Source: Nitrososphaeria archaeon
GTDB lineage: Archaea > Thermoproteota > Nitrososphaeria > JACIWG01
Direction of reading: 5' to 3'
Assembly (NCBI GenBank): GCA_963752255.1
Contig: CAVVXT010000019.1
Coordinates: 1-64,000, forward strand
DNA: 64,000 bases
In this document: positions 31,142 through 42,031 of the stretch, piece by piece
Numbering within the stretch: the stretch's first letter is position 1
Layout: each line of letters opens with the position of its first letter
The notes under the pieces: model-generated
What the model saw: only the letters and a program-made list of their open reading frames with translations
What the model was told of the DNA's origin: nothing
Database searches by the model: none
Program-made: the position numbers and the translations under genes

Positions 31142-32545
31142 CTACCTTTGCCGTATCTTCCTGTATGCTGCCGCGAGTAGCCTTACGAAGTTCGCTAGGA
31201 ATTTGTTCTGTCTCTGCAAGTTACTGGAAAAAATAGCTTCTTCTGACGTGAACTCGCGATTGAGTTCATGAACATCCGTCTTCTTAGAAAAGTAGAGGTA
31301 GATAGGAATCCCCATCAGGACTACTGCCAACCCAACAACCTTGTCAAAGAGAGAAGTGGAGTAGAGCAGATAGAGACTAACCCCGACCCCCAGCCACGGA
31401 AGTATGTTTTGACCGCGAAGGCCATGCTCGCCACTCTTTTTCAGAACAGACAGGGCAAGGCAAACGAGGAGATAGCAGACTCCGAGATTGAAAACTGCAA
31501 ATGATATGAGTGTTGATATTCCGGAAAAGGGCATGAGTGCCAAAGCAATCACAGCCTCAAAGATTATCGCGACATAAGGTGTCTTAAAACGGGGGTGAAC
31601 TTTGCCGAGCGCTTTTGGGAGCAACCCATCGCTAGACATAGCATAAATCAAACGTGCCGTCTCCATAACCTCCGTCTCGTCCGTGCCAGAGACAGAAGCG
31701 AGAGCACCAACACCAGTGATGACGGCTCCGACTGTACCGAGGAGGACCGTACTGACCAATATGAGGGGTATGGGACTTTTCGAGAGTTGAGCCCAGTTGA
31801 CTACTCCGAAGACCGTAAAGTTAGTCATGATATAGAAGAACATCACTATCGCCATGCCGGTGATCATTGCCCTCGGAATGTTCTTTTTCGGGTCGACAAC
31901 TTCGCTGGAAGGAAGGCTACCAAGCTCGAATCCGGCATAAGCCCAGAAGATTAATACAAAGACAGTGCCAAAGTTGTTCAGACCTACAGGCGCGAGTGGG
32001 GTGTAATTTCCAAGCAGACTGGGTCTCAAAAGAATCGACCCAACGCCAACAAATATTATGAGAAGGAGAGGAGTAAGCTTTGCGAAAGTCAGGACATCGT
32101 TGAGTCGTCCGGCCGCTTTTACACCAACAATATTGATTGCGGTGAGGACTACGATGAAAATAATTCGGACTAGCAGCTGTACCCAGTAAGACAAAGGAAC
32201 GAAGTACTGGAGGTAGTTCGTAAACACTATCGCAAAGACAGGAAGCGCGATGACTTCCGCGATACACATGCTCCATCCCGCGATGAACCCATAAAAATCG
32301 TCAAAGGCCTCGGATACGAAGGCGAACGAGCCTCCCGCATTAGGAACATAGTAGCTACAGTACCCAAATACCATCGCCAGAACCATCGCAATTGCCCCAC
32401 CGATAATCCAAACCACTATTCCAGAAGGCCCGATCAAGCCTGCGACGAGGCCGGGAACGATATAGATGTCGCTCCCGACAATTGCACCAATTACTATGTT
32501 CATGAGGTCAAAATATGAAAGGTCCCGCTTTAGCCCCAAAAACAC
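31142..32545 (-). CDS. APC-family amino acid permease (paralog of 26329..27786)
   Basis: GAIVGSDIY, FWAYAGFE, HPRFKTPY. Confidence 0.92.
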   Translation of the reverse strand: MFLGLKRDLSYFDLMNIVIGAIVGSDIYIVPGLVAGLIGPSGIVVWIIGGAIAMVLAMVFGYCSYYVPNAGGSFAFVSEAFDDFYGFIAGWSMCIAEVIALPVFAIVFTNYLQYFVPLSYWVQLLVRIIFIVVLTAINIVGVKAAGRLNDVLTFAKLTPLLLIIFVGVGSILLRPSLLGNYTPLAPVGLNNFGTVFVLIFWAYAGFELGSLPSSEVVDPKKNIPRAMITGMAIVMFFYIMTNFTVFGVVNWAQLSKSPIPLILVSTVLLGTVGAVITGVGALASVSGTDETEVMETARLIYAMSSDGLLPKALGKVHPRFKTPYVAIIFEAVIALALMPFSGISTLISFAVFNLGVCYLLVCLALSVLKKSGEHGLRGQNILPWLGVGVSLYLLYSTSLFDKVVGLAVVLMGIPIYLYFSKKTDVHELNREFTSEEAIFSSNLQRQNKFLANFVRLLAAAYRKIRQR

Positions 32546-32952
32546 TACCTTACTGAATACCCAGCCAATTTTGCTTTAAAAAAGTTTGCAAAGAATGAAC
32601 GAGCAAGTCTGCACGCGCTGACCTGAATGGGTCGGATTTCGTATAGGACTGTAGCATATTCAATCTTAAACTTAACGTCTTGAGCAAGTGTAAAACTGAG
32701 AATATGTCACCTGAATCTTTGCAAATTGCGATAAAATTAGAAAACCCTAAAATAAGACCTGTATCATCATTAATCCCACCGGTTCCATTCCTAAATATAG
32801 TCATTAAAGAAGAAAGTAGCAAGATAATTAAAAAACCACCTTTAACTAGTAAAGTATTCCTTTGGAAAATAAAGAAATACAACTCTGCTCCCTTTTTTTG
32901 GATTTTAAAAGATAAAAGATGGTATTGACAATTAGGAGATGGCGTATGTTGT

Positions 32953-33696
32953 ATGCTAACAAAATATGAGCTTGAGAGGTACGATAGACAAATAAGGATA
33001 TCTGGTTTTGGCAAAGAGGGACAAGAAAAACTTAAGGAAGCACGCGTTCTTGTAGCTGGGGCTGGAGGCTTAGGTTTTCCAATTTCTGCTTATCTAGTTG
33101 CTGCTGGCATTGGGAAAATGAAAATTGTCGATAAAGATGTTGTTGAACTCAGCAATTTGAATCGGCAACTTTTGCATTGGGACAAGGATGTGGGAAGAAG
33201 AAAAGTAGAATCAGCCCGTGAAAAGCTGATTCAGATAAATTCCCGTGTAGAAGTAGACGCTATAGGCGATGTTATTACTGAAACCAACGTTCTTAATTTA
33301 GTAAGCGATGTGGACGCCATAGTAGATGCCATGGATAACTTTCCTACAAGGTTCGCTCTCAATAAAGCTGCACTGAAGAAGAGAATACCATTTTTTCACG
33401 GGGCTGTACGAGGATTTATGGGGCAAGCCACCACTATAGTCCCTGGGGAAACAGCTTGTCTGAGATGCATATTTCCAGAAGCGCCTTCGCCAGAAAAGTT
33501 TCCGATTTTAGGCTCTATAACAGGCCTAATAGGTACGATTCAAGCAACAGAAGTCGTCAAATATTTTACGGGGATTGGAAGTTTATTAAAAAATAAATTG
33601 CTCATCTACGATGGCAAATATACAAGTTTTGATATAATAGAGTTAAAAGCAAATCCGAATTGCCCTGATTGTAAAATAGGTCGCTGGGGGGATTAG
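32953..33696 (+). CDS. ThiF/MoeB/HesA-family adenylyltransferase
   Basis: RYDRQ, GAGGLG, SNLNRQ, CLRC and CPDC zinc sites. Confidence 0.92.
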   Translation: MLTKYELERYDRQIRISGFGKEGQEKLKEARVLVAGAGGLGFPISAYLVAAGIGKMKIVDKDVVELSNLNRQLLHWDKDVGRRKVESAREKLIQINSRVEVDAIGDVITETNVLNLVSDVDAIVDAMDNFPTRFALNKAALKKRIPFFHGAVRGFMGQATTIVPGETACLRCIFPEAPSPEKFPILGSITGLIGTIQATEVVKYFTGIGSLLKNKLLIYDGKYTSFDIIELKANPNCPDCKIGRWGD

Positions 33697-33768
33697 TACC
33701 TACCAAACTGTATTTTTTCCGCATATACTCGTAAAAGGATACAAAGTAAGTCCTAATTTTCAAACTTA

Positions 33769-34227
33769 TCACACGTTCTTAGGTTCGGCTCCCCCTTCCT
33801 TTTGCTTAATATATGTCTCTGCCAAATCGTACACCAATTTTTCTACACCCAATCTCAGAAAAAGGTCGTCTTTCCCATTTCGTACGGCGTCTATAGCACC
33901 ATTTACAATCTGTTCGAATTCATCGTAAAGCATAACCATTTCAGGAAGCGGCCTTGTTCTTGGCATAGGGTAGATTTTGTATCCTTTCTTTCGTTTAATG
34001 AAGCAGACGCACATGGTTTTATCTGTTTCATTCTCTAACGGGATCTTATCAGCTCGTATCTTCATCCATTTCAGATAACCTTCAAGGCCTTCGGTTAAAT
34101 CATTTCTTAGAAACTCCGTCAGCCTCCTTTCCAGCAGTTCATCAAATCCTTCGAAATTTTCTATAATGTCTTCCGATTCTTTCATGAATCGGTACAGTTC
34201 TTCTCCTACACTAGCTTTCGCTTGCAA
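33769..34227 (-). CDS. Hypothetical protein
   Basis: 152-aa ORF overlapping the end of the upstream coiled-coil gene. Confidence 0.6.
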   Translation of the reverse strand: MQAKASVGEELYRFMKESEDIIENFEGFDELLERRLTEFLRNDLTEGLEGYLKWMKIRADKIPLENETDKTMCVCFIKRKKGYKIYPMPRTRPLPEMVMLYDEFEQIVNGAIDAVRNGKDDLFLRLGVEKLVYDLAETYIKQKEGGAEPKNV

Positions 34228-35467
34228 CCTTGAGCCACCCTAAAAGTGAAGAATTGAGACCTCTAATTTTACCCCTAGTCGCAAAGTAACCCGGATAGTT
34301 CGTATATTGTTCCAAGTACAGGTCTATTGCATTTACGAAGGTATTTGCCAGTTCGAGGACTTCACGCAGGTCATACAGGCCCTTGGGGTCTTTGAGCAAA
34401 TGAGATAACAGGTTCAACCTCTTTAAAAGGACTACTTTGTTCATGACTTTTCCTGCCTCGTTTTCAGCTGCAGTCATGTTCATCTTGAGAACATTTATTT
34501 CTCCTTCCAATTTATCCTTTCTCCTCTTAAGATCTTCAATTTCAGCTGTTTTCAATACTATTGTGCCGACATAATCTAGATCAAATTGCTTCCTCATTTT
34601 TTCATACGTTTCCTCAAGCTTTTTCGTTAGGAACCTATTCTCTTCTATTAGAATTGTTTGGTTTACGACCTGTTCATTGAGGCTTCTGAGCTTGATCTTC
34701 TCATCTTCGACCGCCTGCTCTGTAAGCCGTTTTTCGTTTCCCAAAATACGTAATGCGTTCTCCAGCTCTTGATATTCCCTTATGGCGTTAGCTAAAATTG
34801 CGGCAGCTTTATTTGGATCAAGATCAACTTTTGATAGTTCAGCGGCAAGGATTTCTGCAGTGGACAGCATGAACCCAAACTGTGATAACTTCCTGCTGTG
34901 GTCGATGAACCCGTCCAGGTTTAATGGCGTAAGTTGGTTATCCTGCATTTTAAGGCTGAGTTCCCTTAAGCGTTCAAGTTCGTACAAATGAGTTCTGATA
35001 TCCTCCTCTCTTGCCTTCAGCTCTCTTATTCGCTTCTCACTTTCCTCTAGCCTTTTCGCCTTTTCAAATGAGTCGTCGACTATTTGTTGATATGTTCTGC
35101 CAGATGTTGCCTCAAGCCTTTTCAGCCTGTCTAGGAGCGCCAGTATATTTCCAGCTTCTTTTCCATACTGGTTAAGCAGTTTTACACAGGCATCCAACTG
35201 CCCTAGACTGACGCCTAACTGGTCTAATCTTTCGAGGAATTTTTCACCCCTTAACAGGTCGATGTATGATGACTTCTGCGCTTTTATAGAAAGGAGGAAT
35301 TTTCTCAATTCATCTAGATCAGGAGCTGCTGTACGCTTCCTGTTTATTATCCCGGATACCTTCCCTATACTGACTAGAGTTTTATTCGATATTTCCCTAT
35401 AGTTGTGGCCTTCCAGCCAATACCTTAAAACGGCATCCTCCACGTCGGGCGGTATCTTCCTTACCAT
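34211..35467 (-). CDS. N-terminal HTH + long coiled-coil protein
   Basis: WLEGHNYREISNKTLVSIGKVSGII HTH followed by a heptad-rich region. Confidence 0.75.
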   Translation of the reverse strand: MVRKIPPDVEDAVLRYWLEGHNYREISNKTLVSIGKVSGIINRKRTAAPDLDELRKFLLSIKAQKSSYIDLLRGEKFLERLDQLGVSLGQLDACVKLLNQYGKEAGNILALLDRLKRLEATSGRTYQQIVDDSFEKAKRLEESEKRIRELKAREEDIRTHLYELERLRELSLKMQDNQLTPLNLDGFIDHSRKLSQFGFMLSTAEILAAELSKVDLDPNKAAAILANAIREYQELENALRILGNEKRLTEQAVEDEKIKLRSLNEQVVNQTILIEENRFLTKKLEETYEKMRKQFDLDYVGTIVLKTAEIEDLKRRKDKLEGEINVLKMNMTAAENEAGKVMNKVVLLKRLNLLSHLLKDPKGLYDLREVLELANTFVNAIDLYLEQYTNYPGYFATRGKIRGLNSSLLGWLKVASES

Positions 35468-36163
35468 ATTCAAATAATAGTAGTGTTCATATATTTATTT
35501 TTTTGTTCATTTGGTTCATAAAATTGTTCATATGATTGCAAAATTGTCGCAGGACGTTTTTCTGGGGCATCTCCCTGGGGCTTTTCCCAGTGGCATACTC
35601 GCACATTTTTAGGGTCTTAACCGATACATAAGACATATGAACAAGCCTAGCATAATATGGCTATCATTATCCTGACGATTATTATAGACATATTGTAGTT
35701 CCTGCAGATCAAAAATAATCCTTTAGAAATATTTTTTAAAAAAGTTTGACAGTATTTTTTATAAAGGATTGGCTTTTTCTTTATGGTGGAATGTTGCCAT
35801 CTAAAATAGGTATATATGATACTATACATAGGTTCTTAATTTAAGGCTGGAAATCGATAGTGCTGCAGTTAGAAGGGAAGTCCAGATACGCAATGAGATG
35901 GAAGGATATTATCAAACTTTACTCAGAAAAGAGTTGTACGTAAAGTATGATGATGAAAATAAATTATAGTGCGGGGGGTGGGATTCGCGCATTAATCTAC
36001 CAGTAGATTATCAGACAGCACGCGGGGAGCAAGTTAGATGGGAACTATTCCTTCATCTGGGACAATACCAGGGCGTCAGCTGAGTTCATCTGTGCAGAAC
36101 ATGGAGCATCCTCTACTGCGATGCAGGAAAAAGCGGGACGATTGAGGGATGCGGAAGGTTAAC

Positions 36164-36664
36164 TCAAGGATTGCCAACGTTGCGCCGCGATGACATCCTC
36201 CTGGCGATCCACCTAATGAGTAGCATGGACGCTCCCATGAACAACGAAATGAAAGACCCCTGCCCTATGGAGTAGCCAAGAGGCTGGCCAAGCGCAAGGT
36301 ATGAAACCACTCCGAAAGAAATGAAGGCAGATATCATCCAGATCAGGATGAACACGTTGGAGATGGAGTCGGCGACCCCAGTCTTCCTCTGACCCGCTTG
36401 GTCTCTAGCAGCTGCACTTGACTCTATGATTCGGACCGCCACCAAGGCTTCCTTCCCTTCATCGGAAAGCCGATAGTTCCCTTCAGGATCGAGGACAATC
36501 AACCCTTCCAGTTTCTTCAGGTGGTAGTCCAAGTTGCCGCTGCTGGAGATTCCCAGCTCATTCTTCAGCTTTCCAAAGCTCAGGGGAGTGGACTCGAGAA
36601 CTTCCAGAACCCTGATTCGCGTAGGATGGGCGATCTTCTCAAAGAGCTCGGCTGAGCTGGACAT
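36164..36664 (-). CDS. ArsR-like wHTH regulator with two C-terminal TM helices
   Basis: AHPTRIRVL...SSSGNLDYHLKKL...YRLSDEG. Confidence 0.85.
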   Translation of the reverse strand: MSSSAELFEKIAHPTRIRVLEVLESTPLSFGKLKNELGISSSGNLDYHLKKLEGLIVLDPEGNYRLSDEGKEALVAVRIIESSAAARDQAGQRKTGVADSISNVFILIWMISAFISFGVVSYLALGQPLGYSIGQGSFISLFMGASMLLIRWIARRMSSRRNVGNP

Positions 36665-36902
36665 TGCCTCTCAGGGTGCTCTACGGTTCGAAGCTATTTA
36701 ATTCCTCTATCCTTGACCAGAAGTCAACAGTTCGAGACGAGTGGTTGGAATCGTTTGTCATATTAGGTTTTACAGCTGAATTTTTATAGCGATCATGTCC
36801 CACCAAAGAACTTTTGACTTAAGACCAAGCAGAATGCCAACTTAAGCAACTGTCAATTATATCTCTGTAAAGTATTAATATCATATATATGTAAAATGAA
36901 CT

Positions 36903-37535
36903 ATGGCAGATCTTCCAGAAGGGCATATTACAAGAGAGGTCTATGAAGCCAGTAGAAAACTCATCAAAGAAGCTGAGATAGCTCTTAAAAGAGGATGGTT
37001 GATCGCTGCCATCTGTGATATTTTTGGTCATAATGATCGACATGGAGCGATAGAGGCTTTCCAGCATTGCATAGAACTTAGTCTAAAATCAATGTGGACT
37101 ATTGTTGGCTTCAAATACCCAAAGGATCATAATCCAACTAAGAAATTTGAAAAAGTTGAGCAACGTTTCTTCAAATTATTACCTTATACAAAAGAAGACC
37201 CAAACTTCCCTAAGTTTTCAGATTGGGTTAGGTCAAAGGGGCGTGCCATGAAGGCTCTCCATGAGCAGACTATATATGGGGATGAAGAGAAAGGGAAGTC
37301 CGCCTCAGAGCTCTTCGACTATAACGAAATGATGCAATGGGCAGACGATGCTATTCTAATTCATCAAATTGTGTTCGGTGAGATCAAAACCATAGGCTGG
37401 AAAAATAAATTGCTGACCCCAGACGAAATCAAAGAAATGGAGCAGATATATGACAGTGTCCAGAAATGGAAGAATATACCCGCACTTGCAGATGCACTCG
37501 ATAATTACTTGGACAGAAGGTTTAAAGCAAGTTAA
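36903..37535 (+). CDS. HEPN-domain protein
   Basis: AIEAFQHCIELSLKS...YPKDHN...IYGDEE..SASELF. Confidence 0.75.
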   Translation: MADLPEGHITREVYEASRKLIKEAEIALKRGWLIAAICDIFGHNDRHGAIEAFQHCIELSLKSMWTIVGFKYPKDHNPTKKFEKVEQRFFKLLPYTKEDPNFPKFSDWVRSKGRAMKALHEQTIYGDEEKGKSASELFDYNEMMQWADDAILIHQIVFGEIKTIGWKNKLLTPDEIKEMEQIYDSVQKWKNIPALADALDNYLDRRFKAS

Positions 37536-38031
37536 GGGCTGTCAGTATCTTAAGATCCTAGAACATAAGATTGAATCCTAGTACCTGTCCCGTAGTTGTA
37601 TTCTCCACATCTCATCCTTCTTGGCCTTTTCCTTTTGCTTCTCAGCTATTCCGTTTCGCCTCTACAATTTACGGGCTAGTTAGATTTCTCCTAGGTTAAT
37701 ATAATATTCTAAAGATCTCTTTATCCCGTATGACATTTTCATTATGCTTTATTTCAAGATATGAAAACCGCTAGGAGGATAAAAAGATTGTGTTAAACGC
37801 CCTATTTAAGGTCTTGGGATTTATTCATAAATAAAATATTCTAATTTAAATGCGGAAGATGCTCCGGCCGGTATTTACACTAAAATCGGTATAAATCTAT
37901 TAATGCCATATTGTTCTTTGTCTATCAAAACATCATCCTTTTTGATTCTGAAATAGTCTCGTTGATTAAACTACTTTTCTTATATCAGATAATAAATGAT
38001 CATTGAATGTTATGGAGACCCTTACATGTCA

Positions 38032-39436
38032 TTATAAGAAATATTCCTTCGGTATTTCAAGAATTCGTTGGACAATGACTGATGTGTATTTGACATCTTC
38101 TAGTCGCAGAGTAACAATAGCTTTGTTACTAGCAGATGTCTCTCCTTCTGTTTTACGCATATATTTTGGAAAATCTCTAGCAATCCTAATCCATGGAACA
38201 TTAACTAACGTTGGAATGTCGAGCCTATTCCAAAATGAAGAATTTGTTGCCAAGTTATCATCTTCAACAAAGTTCTTTGCTACTTCCCATTTCGACGGTG
38301 TGAATCTATCATTTTCGTTTGCTACTACAACAATATTAGACACAAAATCCTTTATTCTACGAAAATTTTTTTTCATGAAGGTTTTATATTTGAGAACATA
38401 GTCCTTATGCTTTAAATAATCATCTTCATCGCTTCCCACATGTGCGATCTCCGCTCTTCTGAGATATTTGCGCCATCCCTTAGACATATTGTTCAAATCT
38501 GATTTAAAAATGGAGGAACTATGATCCATTTCTTCTAAAACCTTTAGCATATTATCAATCCTTGTTGAAGAAGGTGGATGGCCTGAAAGTAAGTCACAAT
38601 AGGTCCAAGGTTCGTATGTTAAGAATAAAAGCGGACTTGCTGGACCAACCATTATGACACTTGCAATATCACAAAGAATTTCTGTGAATTGGCCCACAAT
38701 ATGACTTAAATCATATGAACTAGCTTCTATCTAGAGGTCTACTTATTAATGCAGTTGAAAGATCTTCGAGAGGTTGCCTAAGTTCTGTGAAGACATCAGA
38801 GTAGATTTGCGTCAATTTCTGATGGGATGCTTCATGGGCAGCAGCGGCCCAACGTCTGGATCGCATAACATCCAAGTTTGGGACTCCAAAAACAAGAAGA
38901 AATCTTCCGGCAATTCTAAAATCTTGATTTGGGATACGCGCAGAAAAATCAAGAATGTCAGTTCCCGTGTGGAAAACATGAACAAAGCTATCACTTGGAC
39001 CAAAAATTGATTTCAGAAAAAACTTGAATACATGATCTAATGCTAAGAAGCACTTATCGATCTTTAGATTCTTTTTATTAAGAAAATTGATAAATTCATT
39101 ATTAAAGCGAATTTGGGATGAACTTCTCCTACGTACTGCTTCATCTTCAAAAAAAGAAAAAAGGGCTTGACCACGCGTAGTCAGTTTTTCCAGTTCAGCT
39201 AAGTCATGAAACAATTGCCGACTACTTCTGTAAGAGGACCTAGTAATTCTTTCAGCAATATTTATTAGCTCAACGGATGTAGGACTCATTAATTCTGAAA
39301 TGCTCGTAGCGTCCATAAAATCTGATTTTCTTATAATTTTATAAGAAGATCTGATTTTCTTTGCAATGTACATTGCATTTTCGACGCATTGATACCAGTA
39401 TTCATCAATATGAAAATCAGCGTTTTTAAAGGCCAT
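38032..39436 (-). CDS. HExxH zinc metallopeptidase-like protein; frameshift near 38731
   Basis: AHEASH in 38720..39436; EILCD..GP and HPPSSTRI in 38032..38697. The two frames join with one indel. Confidence 0.65.
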
Positions 39437-39445
39437 TAATACCAG

Positions 39446-39772
39446 TTATTTTTTCAGGAACTTTCTTAAACTATAATATCCACTTTTTTTATTATAGCTT
39501 ACGAAATTATGCTCTATGTATCCATTCAGTACATCATCAAAAAATCTTTTGGTATATAGCTTTCCGGACATTTCAATGGCTTCTTTTCTTAGTTGTTCCT
39601 TCTTCAGAACTCCTGACTTGCTCAAAATGCGTATAATACTTTCGCCTAAACTGGGTACAAGGATCTCTTCACCTACATTATAATAAGTTGGCGTCTTCTC
39701 TTTGGCGCGGTCAATAGATGCTTCTTTTGCGGCTTCTACGAATTTATCCTCGATATTAAGATCCCTTTTCAC
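39446..39772 (-). CDS. Small wHTH-like protein
   Basis: IIRILS...FDDVLNGYIEHNFVSYNKKSGYYSL wing. Confidence 0.55.
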   Translation of the reverse strand: MKRDLNIEDKFVEAAKEASIDRAKEKTPTYYNVGEEILVPSLGESIIRILSKSGVLKKEQLRKEAIEMSGKLYTKRFFDDVLNGYIEHNFVSYNKKSGYYSLRKFLKK

Positions 39773-39822
39773 TTTTGCTCAATAATATTATGGGGAAGAT
39801 GTATAAATACCTTTTGCCAAAT

Positions 39823-39874
39823 TGTTCTATTACCTCTCCGGTTGGCTTATGTTGGTGTTACTTTTCGGTTGATA
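39823..39874 (+). repeat. Degenerate copy of the IS6-element terminal repeat
   Basis: About 41 of 52 positions identical to 19396..19447 without gaps. Confidence 0.75.
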
Positions 39875-40062
39875 ACTTCCAGATGTTTTCGTTAACATGC
39901 GGTCGTTAATTTTCCTGAGTTCCTTGTAAACTTTATCCAATTCCTTTCCCTTCTCAACAATTTGCTCATATTTACCTGAACTCAAAGTGATAACGCCTTT
40001 AACACGGATGGATTCGATTAATTTTTCTAAGTAAGGATTACTTGTGCATATTAGAAGATTGG

Positions 40063-40329
40063 TTAGAGTAGGCCAGAAAAGAAGTTCACAAGCCTCTCCT
40101 TTTTCCTGTAGACCTCCGCCTCCTTACTCTTTATCAAGACGTTTACAAGCTCGACAAAAGGGCTGATAACCTGCTCTGTGATACAATAGTCCACAAATTC
40201 ATGCTTGAGAGTCCGAACAGCCTCATCAGGATCTGAGTCGTAGACGAAAATAGTGCTTCCTCTTACTTCACCGTGGACATCCTTGCTTTCATCAGGGATC
40301 CACTGACCTTTAAGTTGCTGTTTAGACAT
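40063..40329 (-). CDS. Small HE-motif protein (N-terminus probably frameshifted, extending to about 40390)
   Basis: WIPD...GEV...IFVYD...TLKHEFVDY. Confidence 0.5.
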   Translation of the reverse strand: MSKQQLKGQWIPDESKDVHGEVRGSTIFVYDSDPDEAVRTLKHEFVDYCITEQVISPFVELVNVLIKSKEAEVYRKKERLVNFFSGLL

Positions 40330-40445
40330 GTCACGCTTTGAAGTCTTTTCAATTCCCTTTCAAGCTCACCGTGAACATCTTTGACTTCCAGACCTTTTCC
40401 AGCTTTTTTCTACCTTCTGGACCTTACAGGGACGCCTTGGCTTCA

Positions 40446-40628
40446 TCATCTTGCATCAACCTTCTGCGCGGAAAGTTCCTTTGCCAATATGTCGAGCGCA
40501 CGTTTTAGCTGCTCTAGGGTAGGCTCTTCCTCTAAGGAAATGCTCTTGGAGAACAGGGGATGCTGGTGTACTGCCTTTTTAATAGGGTCCCAATGGTATT
40601 GGACGACCCTGATCAGGTAGAGCGTCAT
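40446..40628 (-). CDS. Small hypothetical protein
   Basis: ATGA-coupled to 40625..40831. Confidence 0.45.
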   Translation of the reverse strand: MTLYLIRVVQYHWDPIKKAVHQHPLFSKSISLEEEPTLEQLKRALDILAKELSAQKVDAR

Positions 40629-40831
40629 CGAAAACCATCCCCGTATTCTTGTACATCAGGCTTCTCGTAACAGAAGTGGGATGGTAAGGCGACATTCTTT
40701 GCCTTCCTCCTGTAGAACACGTTGTAATGCGTCTTTCTAAAAAACTCGTATAGGAGACCTTTTCTTACACGAACATGTATGGCGGTATCTGTAATTGTAC
40801 CAAACTCAGCGGATGTTCCTAAAGGTGCCAT
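40625..40831 (-). CDS. Small hypothetical protein
   Basis: 68-aa ORF behind TATATA. Confidence 0.45.
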   Translation of the reverse strand: MAPLGTSAEFGTITDTAIHVRVRKGLLYEFFRKTHYNVFYRRKAKNVALPSHFCYEKPDVQEYGDGFR

Positions 40832-41139
40832 ACTTGCTCGATAAAAAAAGAAAATGAGGTTGCTTTTTAGTATATATTTTTCGTTTCAATGATCCGCCAG
40901 AGCATTTTTGAACCATCTAACAACATGCTGAATAATATAACAATACGTCGGTTAATATAACAACACGTTTGTTAATAGGGATCTTCAAAAGGCGAATTAC
41001 ATCTACCTTTCAATGGAAGCGTACTTAAATTGAATTGGAGTTGTAACTAAACGATCTTTGCTTTACATTTCTCAACGGGTTCGTCCATATTTAGCTCTGC
41101 CCTACCATTTTCCACTAAAATCTTCTCATCCAATAACAT

Positions 41140-41928
41140 TTATCTTGCAATTCCTTCTGTTACGTTCTGAATTATGCCATAGACAATCGCCCATGGTATT
41201 ACATCAATCTCATATTCCATACTAGAATAGGCCATCGACTGCCTCCGTATTGGAAAATCAGGAAGTGCCTGCCATGGGAACGACACATTCGACATTGAAG
41301 AAGCCATTGCTGACCACATGTTAATCATCGCACTCCCAAAGGCTTTGACTGCTTCTTCATAGACTTTAGACTGTAATGCGAAGACCTTATCTGCTTGGAT
41401 AAGGTCGTTGGACGTTGAAGCTACAGTTTTACGAGGATAAAACAAATACAACATTTCGTCTAATTTCCTTAAAGCCTCAAACGTATTCTGAAGGGGTTCG
41501 ACTGCTTCATCAGCCACCTTCGCTAGCCGTTCAAATACAGATTTTTCATTATTTTCTCGCTCCACAAAAGCCCTGTGCCTTCGGACAACCCATACAGGGT
41601 CTCCCTTTGGTCTCCCGCGCGCATCGGTTTCCTGTAGCCACCACGTCCTATTCGGGTCAAGTTCTCCGAAGTATAAGTCTATTTCGTACTGTGACACAGG
41701 GCGGTCGAACATTTCAGCCATGTGAGCGTTCGGGTCTTTCGTGATAGACAAAGCGTGAGACGTGCTTTTTGCCTTTTCCCTGTAGAACAGGCCGTAACAT
41801 TTTCTATTAAGAACTCGAGATAGAAGACCTCTTCTCTTTGAAGTGGGTGTTACCTGAGGAAATACTCCGCCATCCGCTTTCCCATTTGTACTTTTTTGTT
41901 TATTCTCCATTGTTATAAGGTCATACAC
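41140..41928 (-). CDS. Hypothetical protein
   Basis: 262-aa ORF next to the trailer end of the left CRISPR array. Confidence 0.6.
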   Translation of the reverse strand: MYDLITMENKQKSTNGKADGGVFPQVTPTSKRRGLLSRVLNRKCYGLFYREKAKSTSHALSITKDPNAHMAEMFDRPVSQYEIDLYFGELDPNRTWWLQETDARGRPKGDPVWVVRRHRAFVERENNEKSVFERLAKVADEAVEPLQNTFEALRKLDEMLYLFYPRKTVASTSNDLIQADKVFALQSKVYEEAVKAFGSAMINMWSAMASSMSNVSFPWQALPDFPIRRQSMAYSSMEYEIDVIPWAIVYGIIQNVTEGIAR

Positions 41929-42031
41929 GCTTACTTTTTAGTATGTGTTGAACATTGTTGCAGTTGTTGAACGATTTTGAAATTGTTTCACAAACCTATA
42001 TCACAATAGATGGTATACATGGCTATCTTGT

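Noticed and set aside
32550-33014. Opposing ORFs between the permease and the ThiF gene
   Set aside because: No credible start or motif on either strand; may be a fragment
41966-42031. Possible tenth repeat and extra 36-bp spacer at the trailer of array 1
   Set aside because: Only the terminal ACAAAC matches the repeat, so it was left out of the array call
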